A stretch of 64,000 nucleotides of DNA from Octopus sinensis (GCF_006345805.1 NC_042999.1:39742001-39806000), one strand, 5' to 3'; counted from the stretch's first letter, positions 11,770 to 25,959 are shown. Notes: generated by a model not told the origin, from the sequence alone. Numbers and translations are program-made.

Positions 11770-13070
11770 ATGGGTAGACAAAACAAAACTGCCACGGTAT
11801 CATCTGTGGATGAACCGTGCGACAAACCTGGTCGCTGTCCTAAAATAGAACGTTGCCCGGCAAACCACATCTGTCATCTATGCAGAGAACTCGAAAATTT
11901 ATTCCGAAACAGATGCGTTGAATGCAGTAAATGTCGTGTTTCGATCTGCTTTCAATGTGCCACAAATTTTCAGAAGATCCCAGGACAAAAGAGAGGACAC
12001 CATACTTCTATGATGGATAAACTCTGGAAAATGGTCCAGCTACCAAACTGGTCGTTTCAGTGCCTGACTTGTGTGTCCCCTGCCACCATTGCTACTGAAC
12101 AGCAACAACAAAACCCGACAACCGTGTCTTACGCTGCCATTGCTGCTGAACAGCAAAAGCCAACTACTTCGTCTCCCCAAACCAGTCCTGTTGATGAAGA
12201 ACAACAGCAAAAACTGAAGCCGCCCGTGTCTTCCCCTGTCACTCTTCAACAGCAGCAACAAAAATCGGCCGTTCATGTTGAAGAACATCAACAAAAACAT
12301 AAACTTAAGCCCCCTGTGTCTTCCTCCCCTATTGCTCTTCGACAACAAAAATTGATCATTCCAGCTGAAGTACATCAGCAGGAACAAAAATCAACCATGC
12401 CCTCCTCTCCTGATGCTTCTCAACTAAAGCAGAAATCGACCATCAGCACAGTAGTTGCAGAAATTAGAGGAATGATTTCTGCTTTAAGTCGTGAAGTAGC
12501 AGGACTCAGAACCAGTGTCTGTGCGAAAACTCACAGCGAAGGATCATATCGGAGTGCCTTGCTCAGCAACTTACCTGTAGCTCGGTCGGACCTCAACGCA
12601 TCGAGGGAGTTGCTGAACCAACCACTCATGAAGTAATAGCCATCGGAGTGCCGGAAGATGTGGTAGATCTGCAGGCACTCATTGGAAACACAGCTAAGGA
12701 TCTCAGCTGTGTTCCTCCAAAAAGTGCTTTCCGCCTTGGCCGAACAGGACCCAAACCCAGGCTGATCAGGCTGATGTTCACAAACTTTGCTGAGGCGCGG
12801 GCATTCCATCTGGCTGCTGATAGAGTTCGGTGTGACAACATAATCAACTTTAGAACATGCCCTGGCCTACCACCCGATGTACGCCCAAAGCTAAGATCTG
12901 TAGCTTCCCTAAATCGCGACTCTATCCCACAGGAAAGATTTAGCCTCCGCGATGATGGGCAAATCTGGAAATTTGTCAAGTCTGGTGAATCGTGGATAAA
13001 GGATACCAGTTGGACTGAGCAGACTGCACCCACAACAACAACTGGCAATACAAAAATCTTGGGAAGCTAA
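11770..13070 (+). pseudogene. LINE ORF1p with a PHD-like Cys cluster, Q/P-rich repeats, coiled coil and RRM-like region; frameshift near 12620
   Basis: CHLC...ECSKC....CFQC...WSFQCLTC; the next frame has EVIAIGVPE and RLG...PRLIRLMF, typical of CR1/L2 ORF1. Confidence 0.8.
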
Positions 13071-13099
13071 CCAAGAACAATCAGCCATTCCCTGTATAT

Positions 13100-14700
13100 T
13101 ATCATCTGAAATCCAGACACAAACTACTGTCCTCGAATGCCCGTAGTTTATGCAACGAGGTGCATCTTTTTGACTCTTACGTCAAAAGTATAAACCCAGA
13201 TTTCATCACTGTCACCGTAACATGGGCACATTCTGCAGTCTGTGATGGAGTTTTCAACATAGCCGGCTACAACCTGTTCCGCAAAGACAGCATTAATCGC
13301 CGTGGAGGGGGTGTGATGATTTATGTTCGATCAAATCTATCGGCAAATCCCCTGTGATGATTTGAACCAATCTCAGCAGGAGGTATTTTTCTGCAAAATA
13401 TACATGACCATGTCAACACTTCTGCTTGGAGTTGTTTACCGCCCACCAAATTATCGTCAAGACGCACAGCTTTTTGATATCCTCAGAGCTGCTGCCATGA
13501 AAACAGCCACATATGTTTATATTGCGGGCGACTTCAATTTCCCTGAGATTGACTGGGAGGCCTTCCGTTGACCGCAAAGTGCAGACGATTTCCTCGAACT
13601 GGTGCTGAATTCAAATTGGTCCCATGTCGTTACCTCCCCCACAAGGGGTAATAAAACTTTGGATCTGCTACTTACCGCTTCTCCTGAAACAATCATTAGT
13701 GTCACTACTGAAGAACCTTTAGGTGACTCTGATCATTCCATGATCACGGCCGAGCTGTCTCTGATGGGTTGTAACAAAAACCACAACCATCTTCAGACTG
13801 CCCGCTTTGACTGGAATAAAGCAGACTGGAGCTCTTATTGTACTGAGCTGCAACATCCAAACCGGCTCGAATTTTATGCCTCAGGAGATGTGGACACTAT
13901 ACTCCAGAACATTCTGAATTCAATATGGGCGGCATGTGCAGCACCAGTACCACGCAAGCACAAACAAAACACCCAATAGTGCAATTTGGGAGACTGCAGC
14001 AGTCCGACTTGCCAGGAAAGAACGCCGTAAGGCTGAACAGGATTACAAATTGCACAAATCAGAGATCAACAGGAAAAAGCGCAATAGGTCAGCCAACAAC
14101 CTCAAGCAGGTGACAAAACAACGTATTGCAATCAACCCTGACAGCGAAATGTTCTGGAAGTATGTGCACTCAAAGCAGAGGCCTCACTCTCCAGTTGGTC
14201 CCCTTCGCAATCACCACACAGGACAGATTACTGGCAATCCCAAAGAATGTGCAGAAATCATTGCCGGATGCTATACGGCATCTTTACTGTCGAAGACCAA
14301 AATGTTCCATCTTCATCACCACTGGCATCGGACTCTATATCTACTATGCAATTTACACCAGCAATGCTACAACGCCACCTTATGAATAAACGCAACTATG
14401 CCTCTCCTGTTCTCGATGGTGTTACATACCTACTTCTCAAACGCGGAGGGTACTTTCTTCTAAGCCAACTTTCTCTATTCTTCCAATTCTGCCTTGACAA
14501 TGGTGTTACTCCAGAGCAGTGGAAAACTGCCAGTGTTATCCCTCTGTTCAAAAAAGGTGACCGCACATCGCCTGTCAACTAGTTAGTCTTACTAGCTGCA
14601 TCGCCAAACTGATGGAATCTTGTATCAGGGAAACCCTCTGGAACCTCTGGAAGTCTCACAGCCTCATTCAGCCATCACAATTTGGATTTATTCCTAACTT
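13100..14700 (+). pseudogene. LINE ORF2 fragment (APE endonuclease and start of RT) with several frameshifts and stops
   Basis: GYNLFRKDSINRRGGGV, GVVYRPP, GDFNFPEIDW, PTRGNKTLDL, GDSDH, WKTASVIPLFKKGD. Confidence 0.9.
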
Positions 14701-15601
14701 CATATAAATTAAACAAAGGACAATATTCCAGGAGTATCAGAGATTGACTAAGCTGAAATACTTCGGTCAATCTCAGAAGAGCAATTTATACTGAGAGTCG
14801 ACTGAATCCGATCAAAGAGTTTTATAATGATTTATTGTTTTGAAATACTAGAACTTATTACAGTACATAAATGGGCATACATACAAGCACGCACAAACAC
14901 GCAAACACACGCATACAGACACAGGCACACATACACTGACACACATTTATAATTTTAATGCATGTATTGTAGCATGACGTAATTAATATATAATTAATTG
15001 ATTGCAGAAATGTTAGAAATTGAATTAAATTCACTTTATTATAAATACCTTGATATTTAACAAATATCTTATTTCGAACTTGAATATGGATACTTGGAAA
15101 CTCGAATGCAATATTCTAGAGACGAGAAATAGATAACAAATTCAAAACAAATCTGATATGGTTGTTTTCTTTTAACGCTTAACAGATAAGCGTGAAACCA
15201 ATGAATAAAACGCACCCTAGATATTTTGTCTCTAAAATTTGAACTCTTAAATCCTCAAGTGTATATCTAAATGTAGAATTCCGGTAGAAGAAGTTCTCGA
15301 GTTATGCAACACAAATTATACGAAAGGAAAATATTTGCTACGCTACATTTTGCACCGAAACCAAATTCTATTCTTAGTTTTAAATGCAGCCCTGATTTAC
15401 AGAGCAATGAGAATATGGCAACTTCTAAAATGATCTCAGGTCGTATACTTCACATTCACACGAATATGCATATATATATATGTACGTCTATATATATACA
15501 TATATGCCTGTATATATAAACATATATATGTATGTATATATTCATATATTTATATATATATTATATATATATATATATATGTATGTATATATTCATATAT
15601 T

Positions 15602-15645
<44 letters not shown>

Positions 15646-15761
15646 GTATATATTCATATATTTATATATATATATATATGTATATATTCATATATTTATA
15701 TATATATATAATATATATATATATCTATATATATATATATATATGTATATATTCATATATT

Positions 15762-15795
<34 letters not shown>

Positions 15796-15796
15796 C

Positions 15797-15827
<31 letters not shown>

Positions 15828-16542
15828 TATATATATATATATGTATTTCATATGAATTGCCAAATATAACATATGAGTCAATTTCTTATCTCTTTTATAC
15901 ATTTATAGCCTGTGAATAGTTTTACGATATTCCATTTAGATATTAAGTAGATCGATAATATTTCTGTGGATGTTTTCAGAGAAAATATACGAAATATACT
16001 ATAGTTATAAATACTGTAAAACCAGTTAATGTAACATTTCACTAAGTGCGTCCCATTATCTTGTTTTTGTATTCTCTTACCCTTAAGTTCATGGGAATAT
16101 TATTTCAGATATCAGTCCATACACCTACGTGGGACAATACAATGTCAAAATTATAATACGTATACATATGTTCATACATTTACATATGCCAATATGTCTG
16201 TGATTTTGTATGAGTGTGATTTTAGATATTTATAATCGATCATGTTTCACTCACTATCAGGAAAGTAATTCCGATTCAATGGTTCGGTTCTAAAGAATGT
16301 AAATCTTATTCTTCAAAATACTTGGAGGTCATCGACACAAAGACAGCTAAGGATATATCAATGACCCCGAGGCATTATGTTGCAGAAGCTATGGATACAC
16401 ACCTATCTGATATTTCAAAAGAAGAACATTGAAGCATTTACTCTCCGATATTACTGAAAAATAAATTTACTTAACATATATTAAAACAACGAGAACAAAA
16501 GTAAATAACATAAATATACATACCTAGACACACATGTAGGTG

Positions 16543-16589
<47 letters not shown>

Positions 16590-16714
16590 GATGTGTGAGT
16601 GTACATATCCCAGTGTTGACAAATGTATGTGTGTATGCACATGTGAATATGGACATATATATTTACATACACACACACCCATACAAACAGGTATCCTTAT
16701 ATTTTTTACTTTTT

Positions 16715-16975
16715 ACTTCTTTCAGTCATTTGGGCACCGAAATTAGTCGAACAAATCGAACAAATCTCTGCAAGCTTTGTACTTAATCTAACGGTCTCTT
16801 TTGCCGAACTGCAAAGTTACGGAGATGTAAACACTTGAACGTCGGTTGTCAAGCGATGGCTGGGGGAAAAACACAGTCACAGATACAGATATGCATACAC
16901 ACAAACATGCACACATATACGCACAGACATATACAAAGGGTTTCTTTCAGCTTCCGTCTACTAAAGCCATTCATA
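16715..16975 (-). mobile_element. Diverged partial SINE
   Basis: Similar to the body of the SINE at 21271. Confidence 0.7.
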
Positions 16976-18798
16976 TATATACATATATAGGAATCAGATA
17001 ATATTCTATTCAAAATATATCTCGCTCAGATTCATACACTCATTGCAGCGTTCCTTCAATTTTTCTAAGTCATGTAAAAGAATTCTCCAGTCAGGCATTT
17101 TGCGACACCTTTAAAGCGAGGAACGTTGCAGCATTCCCTCTTTTATGCCCCAGAGTGGCTGGAAATCTCGAGGTGCAACGAGTAAATATGAACATACTGA
17201 CAGGCACACACGTACACACATATACAAATATTTATGTGTATGTGTGTTTGTATATATGAATGTATGTATGTATATATAAATGAGTCTCTGTGTTCCTGTT
17301 ATCAGATTTTCCTGAAACCATTTCTAATTTCTTATTCTTCCTTGAGTATTAAACGAATAGATATTGCTGCTATGCGATCGTCTATGTTGTTAATTCTGTA
17401 ATTTGATTTGTCTCTGCAAAGTATTAAATGACTCCAAAATATGTTAGATACTTATTCGGAAAATTATATTTAAAATAAGTTCACTGTCACATCTGTAGCA
17501 ATTTGTTATTTAGTTTTCATCAACATTTTTACATGAGTAAATTTAATCCAATATGTTGCAGACAAGCATCTAGCTATCTTCCCTCGCAAATGAATGAGAA
17601 GATATAAAAAATGTTCATGAAAAACTTCATTATCAAAATAACTTCAAAATGTAAGTTTCGAGAATTTGAGCGAGTTCGTAAAACTTGAATTGTAGTTTAT
17701 GGTAAGTATAGGAACTTGATGTTAATGAAAAATCTACTAAAGAATTCTCATATGTAAGAAATATTTTATTTACCGTTTAAAGTAATAATTTGTCATTAAG
17801 TCAAGTTAATGTCCTTGCTATTAACTTATGAATCATGATTGTCATATTTACATATTATCTGTAGATTGCTGTTGATATTTTCTGTTCTTCTTAACTGCTG
17901 TATCCAATAATAATATTGCATTTTGTATAGGAATGAAATTTACTTAAGCTCATCAATTAGATTAAAACGACAAATCAGTGGCCTACTTTCATTTTGCAAC
18001 GCGTCGTAAACTTATGTTGAAGTCGTTGGTTATCATTGTAGATACATTCCTGCCTAGTTTTGCCGTTTAAAGATTTTTCAACAATATTTACATGAAATTG
18101 TGATGTTCAATAAAAGTAGATTTAGGCTTAGGAGTATTAAATTCATACATTTTACGTGAAGTTATTAAATTATTAGTAGATTTATTATAGTCCGATTCAT
18201 AAACTAAGATTTAGGTATTTATCACCCATAGAACTACTATATCTAGGTAGGAGATAATAATTTCTAACTGCCATAAAGAATTCTAGTTACAAAAAGGGGA
18301 AGAAATATTGGTAGTTAATTACCATAATTCAGAGAGATATTGGGAAATGTCTGCAAATAAAAATTCATGAAATTATCATAAGTGAGAAAAGATCGTAACT
18401 ACAATAGTATGCGTTAAAAAACAGAAGATACGTCGAATAAAATTTTCAACTAATCTAATAAAGGAAATAACTTGCCAAATAAACCATACAACCTGAAATA
18501 AAGTGCAAATCTGAAAAATTTCAGGACTAACATGTTTATCAATATTTTCTTCCTTACAAATTAACAGAAATGGAGCAAATGAAAATACTTTTTCAATCTT
18601 TTAGACCACGTCCCCTCCGACAAGCCCCTAACCGAATATTTCCACTATAATAACAACTATATCAATATTGTTTCAGTAATGGTTCTGATGAGTCCAAGAA
18701 GAAATAAAGATAATATGGAATTGATGAATTTCTACAAATCATTCTTCATTTACATCATTTCTAGTAAAGAGTAATTTATTTGTGTCCAATGACTTTAC

Positions 18799-18880
18799 CT
18801 GTAACCTAGAAAGGTCGATGCTTTGAACTAGATCGTCGCAAGCTTGTCCAAGAAGACATATTTCCTTATTTGCTTCAAAG
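18799..18880 (-). CDS. Candidate internal exon (S)FEANKEICLLGQACDDLVQSIDLSRLQ
   Basis: Pyrimidine-rich acceptor ending catatacag, donor CAG|gtaaag, one open frame; no homology recognised. Confidence 0.35.
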
Positions 18881-19388
18881 CTGTATATGTAAGAATTGTT
18901 TGCAAACAAGAAATACAAAGGAAACTGCAAAATGGAATGCAGTGTTTACGATATGTGATGCAAGGGAAAGCAATGTAGAAATAAAATTGAAGTAAAATAC
19001 AAAAATTAAATAGTTCACATTTAAACTTTATCCTTCAAGATTCCATTTCGTTAATCGTGTAAATCGAATATAGAAATAAACTTTTATATATATAGACACA
19101 TACATGCATATACGAGCATAAAACTTCATACAAGTGCGTGTGAATCTATGTATATATATGAATAAAAACTAAGATATAACGTCCTTCCCCAGCCACAGGC
19201 TAATAACGTCGGTTTCCCAGATCCTTTAGCCTATATATTCCCCCCTGTACGATGGACAGCCGTCCATGGGTGTACTTATTTTAGCTATCTGAATGGAGTG
19301 GGGCAATGTGATATGAAATGTTTTGCTCAAAAACAAAACCTTTTGATCATGAGTCCAACAACTTATACACTAAGTCTCTATAAGTATA

Positions 19389-19425
19389 CTAGTTGGTCCC
19401 TGTGCCGTCAAAAATGACGGCTAAT
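19389..19425 (-). mobile_element. Helitron-type 3' terminus; 5' end not identified
   Basis: Hairpin gccgtca-aaaa-tgacggc lies ~11 nt from a CTAG followed by T on the minus strand. Confidence 0.5.
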
Positions 19426-20229
19426 TGTAGTATTTTATATATAAATAAGGTACAAAACCAAGATTCGGTTTAATAATTCTGTTATTACAAATCTTTTGTG
19501 AAAAATCTATCCGCGACTAACATGCTTTACTAGGAGTTTCCTTCAAAAGAATTTTAAAGTTTTCCTTCCTTCTTGTCCGGATTGAGGCCACATAGCGCTG
19601 GCCATGACTAAATACGGGAGCTGGCAAATAAATACCAAATACACACAGTTGAAACGCTGTTTGATTTTTCTTTTCAGCGTTGAATGTTAATCATCCCACT
19701 TCCATCGCGAGCGCACGCACACACACACAAATACACAAACGTGCGCACACACACACACGCACACATTTACATCCCCCTTTAACATACACACACATAAACT
19801 CACACAGAGTTTAAACGCTGTTTGGTTTATTTTTCAACGTACAATTTTCATTATCCCACTACCAAGTATGACATCACCCCTTCCTTTCTCATTCATAAAC
19901 ACAAGAGTATTATTATAGTAGATTGCATTGTTAACCATGGGAGGTATGAAAATTACAAATCACAGCAACACCACCGGATCATTCTACACATCTGTGTAAT
20001 GTTTCGCGCAATTCCACCCAGCCGTTTGACCTTGAATCCCAAGACAAGAAAATATACAAGAATGATTCGCCTAAGCTAAATCTTATGTGTATAGATGAAT
20101 ATATAGATATAGAGTTGGATACTGGTATAAGAAAGTTATTTTCTACTGCAGAACACTCATATGTATCTTCAAAAGAATTATGGAAGAAGACATAAACATA
20201 CTAACATAGTTTGATTAGCATGAAATAAC

Positions 20230-21675
20230 CTATTAGCTAAAATTGAAACCAATGATTTGGTAGAAAACTTTAAATCCATTCCTTGCTTGAAAACTATATA
20301 CAACATTTACTCAAGCTGTCTCAAGCGATTCGTGGTAGATCTTCGTGAGTTCAATAGCATATTGAAAGGTGAGCATGAAGATGGAGCGAAGGGAGTGTGG
20401 CGATGTTTCTAACAAGTTTTTATAAACAGCTTGTCCAACTTCAGAAAGCACGGCAGAAAATATTTGTGACAGTATAGTTTGATTATTGACAACTCACGGC
20501 TGCTTGTGTCTCTCCACTTGTCAAAAGTATCAATTCGTTATTGACATTGAGCGACGTGCTGAGAACTGAGCAACAATCTACCCTGCTTACAACTGAGAGT
20601 GGAATGACCATCACCGATGACATAACTATTTCAGGAGAATATTGTCAGAATTAAATCCAATGTGAATTCTTTTACAATAGTCTAATTGAAAAATGCTAGG
20701 CTGTGCAAGTGCTTCAGATAAGAAGGTAACACATTATATCTTTGTAAATTACCTGAGGATTTGTGGTAGAATAATATTTCCATTTGATATAGAAATAGAA
20801 TTTGGTCACAAGATTGTTCGTATTTTATTGTTGATCATGGAAAATCCTTCCCTCAAACACTCTATATATCCTGCTCTGCACAGATAATGCTGCACATAAT
20901 TAAGCAATGATGGAAATATATCATGCGAATGTGCTGTTGAAAATAAAAATAGTGAGACTCAAGAATTTTACACCAGATTCTAAAAAACATACGGCAGTCC
21001 GAAATCTCTAACAGAAATTTAATATGCCATAATCCATTTGCAGGTAGCATTACTGGTACCAATATTTGGAATACTTAGCTTGTCCGTAGCAGAAATGCTT
21101 TCTATTGACATTAAAACTTGCAAGGTCCTAGCATTAACAAGTAACTTCCATAGAAACAGTCTTATTGTCAGATAAAGGAGTAAAAGGCTTGAAATCTATG
21201 AGACAGCATTTGAATGTTGTTTATTCTCTTCCGGACAGCATCTGTTAAAACACAGAAGCATATATATATTACTCTTTACTCTTTTACTTGTTTCAGTCAT
21301 TTGACTGCGGCCATGCTGGAGCACCGCCTTTAGTCGAGCAAATCGACCCCGGGACTTATTCTTTGTAAAACCAGTACTTATTCTATCGGTCTCTTTTGCC
21401 GAACCGCTAAGTGACGGGGACGTAAACACACCAGCATCGGTTGTCAAGCAATGCTAGGAGGACAAACACAAACACACAAACACACACCCATACATATGTA
21501 TATATACATATACACGACAGGCTTCTTTCAGTTTCCGTCTACCAAATCCACTCACAAGGCATTGGTCGGCCCGGGGCTATAGCAGAAGACACTTGCCCAA
21601 GATGCCACGCAGTGGGACTGAACCCCGAACCATGTGGTTGGTTAGCAAGCTATTTACCACACCGCAACTCCTGCG

Positions 21676-21757
<82 letters not shown>

Positions 21758-22560
21758 TGTGTGTGTGTGTGTGTGTGTGGTGTGTGTGTGTGTGTCTGTG
21801 TGTGTAAATTTAGCATTGAAAATCGACAGGAACAGTATGCTACATGTCAACAGTGAGCATGTGAGGGAGTTATCTCTCCTCCCTCACCTCTTATACAATC
21901 TCCCCAAAATGCATTAACGTTCCCAAAACACGACCTGCATGTGAAATTGGCAGCATTTTACGACTGATGAATTTATATTGATAGAAATACCGAAGAGAAC
22001 TGCATCCTCTCTTGAACATCATGTCAGAATTCCAAAAGGGTAAGCTAGAAATCTAAGAGCAGAAGATTTCTTCAAAATAACTAATAAACAAAAGTGATTC
22101 TAAAGCACTTTCCAGGTCCAACATGGAAACCAAAATATTGGCCAAGCTTCATTTCTATGAAACGCAAAATCATGGGAGGCGAAGCTGTTCCGAAATGTCA
22201 TCTAACTGTCACCTCCCAGTACGACATGAAGTTGTCTTTAAAACAATCTAGAAAGCAATCCGGAAAAAGTTTGTACTGGAATAAATATAGAGAATCCCAC
22301 TATTGTCAAATACCACCACAAGGTATATTGGCGGAACTTTCTCATGAAAACCTCAACCAAGAGTAAGCATAAAGGTCGTGGCTATAAACCGTCATAGAGC
22401 TCTGATAAATCGCTTCCAAAATTAAAGAGAAAGGGACCGGTATACATGGAATTGAAATTGGGAATATCGATTATTCAACATAAAGACAAGGGAATAGCTA
22501 CAGAAATCTACTGCAGAATTTTCACCAACTACACACAGATTACAAATTCATATCTATATC
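20230..22560 (+). mobile_element. Very degraded R4/Dong-type LINE (RT to endonuclease), interrupted by a SINE and microsatellites
   Basis: Traces such as GAKGVW, THYIFV, IEFGHK, KGVKGL and KVYWRNF, in the order expected for R4-clade ORFs. Confidence 0.55.
21271..21677 (-). mobile_element. Full-length tRNA-derived SINE, young
   Basis: tRNA-like head at the 21677 end, internal (TG) tract, (agtaaaag)-type tail; near-identical to 32743-33159. Confidence 0.92.
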
Positions 22561-22959
22561 AATAATACTTGGTTCATTTGCTTCATTGAAAAATCTATTG
22601 CTTTCAAAGAAAGACATCAACGAGATAACCATTCGCCCATCTACAAAACTTTACCCATGTTTAACGTGTGACATCGATTGCTTTTATCTGAATTCCAAAG
22701 ATGATGCATCGTATCTCTGTTTCAAACCAACTTCTTCATTGCAGGAGGTTCTTCAAATAATGAGATATGTGTCGGTGTGGGTCAATGTACGATAAACGCA
22801 TGATGCAGTTTATATCATTTATTTCCTACGTACGTTTCTTCTTGTGCATACTATGCAGTGTATGTTCCAAGTGCAAATGGGCGCTCACGCACAACAATTC
22901 ATTAGAGCACTATATGGCATTATATTTATACAGATGATTCTCAAATGGAATTATAAATG

Positions 22960-23260
22960 TGTGGTAAGAAGCTTGATTCCCAACAACATAGCTCCTTGTT
23001 CAGTCGTGGCACATAGGGCAAACGTATTCTACTATAGACTCGAGCTGACCAAAGCCTTGTTAATAGATTTGGTAGGCAGAAATTGAAAGAAGCACAACAT
23101 ATATATATATAGATATGTGTGTGTACGTGTACGTCTGTGATATTGTATCTGTGTTTGCTCCCTACCGCCAACTGACAGTCGTTGTTGGTGTCTTTACGTC
23201 CCTATAACATAGCAATTCGGCAAAAGACCTGTGATTTCTTGACTGAATGAAGTAAAAGAT
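22960..23260 (+). mobile_element. Diverged SINE of the same family
   Basis: Head and body similar to 32743-33159. Confidence 0.7.
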
Positions 23261-23598
23261 AAAAGATATAAACTTATACACACATACTATATTCCCATAG
23301 TACAGTCTCTGCGCAACTAAAAAGAATACAAAAACACTTCTTGCCTCTTTCTCACTTCTGACCAATGGTAGAAATCTTATGAAATAAACTAGTACCTGTC
23401 TTATTTGTCGTTATGTTGCTAGGTAACGACCTAATCAATGAAAATGTTATGCTACAGCAGAAGCTTACTGCAAGGATCACATTGACAGAATCAACAACGG
23501 CCTGTATTTGAAACAAATTTTAATTGAAGATTTCAATCTCTCTCTCTCCCCGTGTCTCAATCTCTGTTTGTTTGTCTGTCTGTCTGCCTGTCTGTCTG

Positions 23599-23629
<31 letters not shown>

Positions 23630-23743
23630 CTACCATGGTTTACATAACTTATATTTGACAGATATTTGTCCCCGTCTTGTTTGTTGCTAAGCTGATCATG
23701 TATGGAAAAATGGAGGCCACCTCCTCCTGTGGGATGAAGTTAA

Positions 23744-23962
23744 CCCTTTAGTCTTCAGTTTACTCTGTTAAATGTAATAATTTTTCACTCAAATTGTTTT
23801 GAATTAATCATACATTATCTTATAGCTTTGAGGTTTCAATGATGTGATTGTTTGTTTTTAGAATATCAATGTAGGTTAGGCTGAGAGGCTAGATATCGCC
23901 CGTTTGAATGTAAAACATGTAGAATATCTGGACCAGATATGGCCGGTTTAAACACTAAAGGG
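23744..23962. mobile_element. piggyBac-like MITE (219 bp)
   Basis: TTAA on both sides (23740-23743 and 23963-23966); terminal inverted repeats CCCTTTAGT/ACTAAAGGG. Confidence 0.85.
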
Positions 23963-24169
23963 TTAAAATAATAGATAGAGAAGACCACTGTAAAATGCGA
24001 TAATTAAAAGAAGCAGCACATATATTAGGGCAAGACAACCTCCTGAGCAGGTCGACTGCAGATATGAGTAGCATATGGGAACTATTTGGGAAAATATGGG
24101 AACATATAGGAACATATGGGAAAATATTAGATTTATAAGCCCAGAAAATTCACTCCATAATTGCCCACG

Positions 24170-24365
24170 GGAAAATGGCGTAGTGGTTCAGAGTGCGGGT
24201 TACTAACCCCAAGATTCCGAGTTCGATTCCAGACTGTCACCTCGATAATAATAATAATAATAATAGCGACAACAAAATTTCCCCAAGAGACCTGATGAAG
24301 GCTGCAAAGTATATAAGCTGAAACGTTGTGTTAACAAGACGATGACAAATATCTGTCAAATCCTT
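24170..24365 (+). mobile_element. tRNA-derived SINE-like element with a hammerhead-like motif downstream of an (AAT)n tract
   Basis: A box (tggcgtagtggtt) and B box (gagttcgattcc), (aat)n, then CTGATGA-a-ggct...agct-GAAACGTT. Confidence 0.6.
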
Positions 24366-25332
24366 TAAATACAGAACTCTATCTATCTATCTATCTGTAT
24401 TTATGTCCCATAAACACCCAGTCATTTTACCGAAAGTCTTTCTTTAAAGGCTATGTTGCGCTGTCTATATGTTGAAAAACAATTCTCGCACACTCGCATT
24501 GAAATACACATATACACAAACAACCGGAAACATAGCTATATGTATTATAGATATACATATAGTCATTTTTTGAAGTCTGTGCTCTGTTGTATTGACAATC
24601 TTGCACTTCAAACTTCCACCATTTTATTCAAAATTTGTTAGCTACTGTATTGACAACATTATCTATCCATTTCTCTCTCTCTCTCCAGCAAATTTTAGTG
24701 TTCCTCTTCTAAATATACCGTGTGACAGAGGTTATCTTCCCTTTTAATGCCTCCCCTTCTTCACCCCCTCTAATAGATGTTGTTATGGACATTGATACAG
24801 GCATAAGCTTCTCTTTTATAATATATGATGAAGAGATTGAGCAGCAATAAATTTTCAATGGAAAACTTATTTTGGATAGAATATACAGAAAATTTGATTT
24901 GTTAGGTAAAGTGTACGACTTTTAAAATGAATCGATTAATATAAGATTGGCCAAAAAAAAAAGAAAAAGAAAAACGATAACCTCCACCGACTGCACAGAG
25001 ATTAATCCAGCTATTCTTGTGTATATTTTATTCTTTATATTTCAGTAAAGAGTCAGATATTCGATAATGGGGACACCTTTTAGTTTGATTTTAAACAAAC
25101 TTACTTTTCATACATTATTAATATGAAAAAACTCGAACGCAAATATGAGTGTAATAACAGTATAAAATAGTAAGATTTGAAAGAATTTCGAAAGACTGCA
25201 GTTTAAAATTATATGTAATTGCTTTCGTGACACACTTCACGTATGAAGTTAACCGAAAATATACAAAATAACTTTTTGTTGAATAATCGATATTCAAAAT
25301 TTCAATTCCATGTACACCTATAAAATCTAATT

Positions 25333-25436
<104 letters not shown>

Positions 25437-25877
25437 GCTGAAACTCTTGTTAAAATATTACCAATTCAGGAAGTGAGATACTTTTCGGAAATCAAGCATT
25501 CGTCAGCTTATCTGGGTTAGTCATAAAATTTTGTTAAATTCTTCCACCTCTCTACATCAAGACGACTTCTGAGTCGTCTATATCAATCTTCCTCTACCGG
25601 GATCTTAAAATGTGTTGAACATAAAATTTAGATAATTTTCTTTTTTACTCCCTCTACTTATTTTCGTTTCCAGTCCCTGTCTATTCTTTCTGTAGCAGAG
25701 AATATGTTCGAAATGTAAATGACTTCTACGTCTTACTAAGTGTAAAATATTTTTCTGTTTGTATGCTTTATTTAACTCACCTTGTGTTTCTCTTACTTTT
25801 GTGCCATATATACATACATATATACATACTTACATACATACATACATATATGTATATATATGCGTATAAGCACATAA

Positions 25878-25959
<82 letters not shown>

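Larger units (their letters stand above)
11770..14700 (+). mobile_element. CR1/L2-group LINE with ORF1 and the 5' part of ORF2; 3'-truncated
   Basis: ORF1, APE endonuclease and RT N-terminal motifs in the expected order; homology ends after the QFGF-like motif near 14690. Confidence 0.9.

Noticed and set aside
24170-24240. Genuine tRNA gene
   Set aside because: A and B boxes are present, but the acceptor stem does not close and the sequence runs into repeat DNA; this is a SINE head.
25480-25515. Minus-strand CTGACGA...GAAA
   Set aside because: No helix II pairing and no valid cleavage triplet.
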